From Octopus bimaculoides (Eukaryota), in the NCBI RefSeq assembly GCF_001194135.2, contig NC_068998.1, positions 11,524,448 through 11,588,447 of the forward strand: DNA of 64,000 nucleotides, written 5' to 3'. Position 1 is the stretch's first letter. The number at the start of each line of letters is the position of its first letter. The position numbers and the translations under genes were made by a program. Shown here piece by piece: positions 63,063 to 64,000 of the stretch. The notes under the pieces are model-generated. The model ran no database searches, was not told the DNA's origin, and worked only from the letters and a program-made list of their open reading frames with translations.

Positions 63063-64000
63063 GTAAGTACAGATTCAAGCGAGACATGCAGCCATCTGAC
63101 TGGTTTATCTCCGAATCGTTGTCGCTATAATAAAAGTAAAAGGTTGCACTCGTACCGATCTCGCATTAGTAAGACATTTCCAGTCGGAACAATCTAGAAG
63201 TGAGTGAGTGTAAATCCCGATGTGTGTGTGTGTACGATTTGCTGATTTCGGCAGAAGGCTCCACACCTCGCTTCGACACATCTTTCTTTGTTTACACATC
63301 TTTCTTTATTTAGAATTGATGTAATCGAATCGTTTGCTCCTATCTCTGTGATATTGTCCCCCAGATCCTATTCCTACCATTCATCATCTATCATTATATT
63401 TTCTTTGTTCAACAGTTGACCCCCGGATAGATCAGCTGTTTTAATTGGTACAAAACAGACAGAAATATATTAACATATTTTCTCGGCTAATGACCGATTA
63501 TCATCATCATCGTCATCACGATTATCATCATTATTATTATTAAAGAAACCATTATTATTACTTCGATCGATAGAGCATCGAGTTGACTACTTATTTACTT
63601 TCTTTGCTCAACATTCTTATTTAAGATTCTCTTAACGTCAACTTTGCACGCCCGATCCTTCTGGGTCGAGATAATATGCTCGGAATCGATTCAGTTAGTG
63701 TATGCTCTTCGCCTTACACGCCGTGATTATTATAATTATAATTATTATTATTATTACAATAGAGGAAGAGATAAGCTCCCGGAGAAACGACTCCTCCACC
63801 CGGTTTTCCATCATTCACTTGTAACTTTTCATTTCACAAATGCCTCTAATTTATTTGCAAAAGGTATGTTGATGACTCGATCATATTTCCTTCTGAATAT
63901 TTCTGATCTTTTGCCTAAGTAAAAAACGGTTATTAGATATACGAAATTATTGTCATTAATTTAAAATGACTTCTTTTATTCTGGAGTTTAAAAAAATAAT

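Noticed and set aside
1-64000. CRISPR array, rRNA, prokaryotic operon or defence system
   Set aside because: No regularly spaced repeat-spacer array, rRNA-like sequence or intronless gene cluster. The window is spliced animal DNA.

Overview
Eukaryotic, AT-rich, repeat-dense genomic DNA with nine assembly gaps. The SINE families and TA/CA microsatellite load suggest an octopod cephalopod; this is inference, not a database match. Two genes are well supported and converge tail-to-tail. (1) AP-1 complex subunit mu-1 (AP1M1), + strand: 10 coding exons, 22512..35404, 1269 nt = 422 aa + stop, all introns GT-AG and in phase, with a probable non-coding first exon ending at 14587. (2) A Topors-like RING E3 ubiquitin/SUMO ligase, - strand: 48666..53366, 1566 aa in one 4.7 kb exon, with a probable leader exon ending at 62679. 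A third gene probably starts at 63031 (+), head-to-head with Topors across a CCAAT-box promoter. The rest is tRNA-derived SINEs, MITEs (piggyBac-like TTAA, Tc1/mariner, hAT), fossils of Penelope, RTE, CR1-like, R4/Dong-like and pogo elements, and microsatellites. The most unusual signals are a minimal hammerhead-ribozyme fold at 8719..8767, a ~650 bp degenerate palindrome with asymmetric CpG decay just upstream of the AP1M1 promoter, two candidate bidirectional promoters, and an inverted SINE pair bracketing AP1M1 coding exon 8. No CRISPR array, rRNA or true tRNA gene was found. I see no clear evidence of a wholly new biological system.
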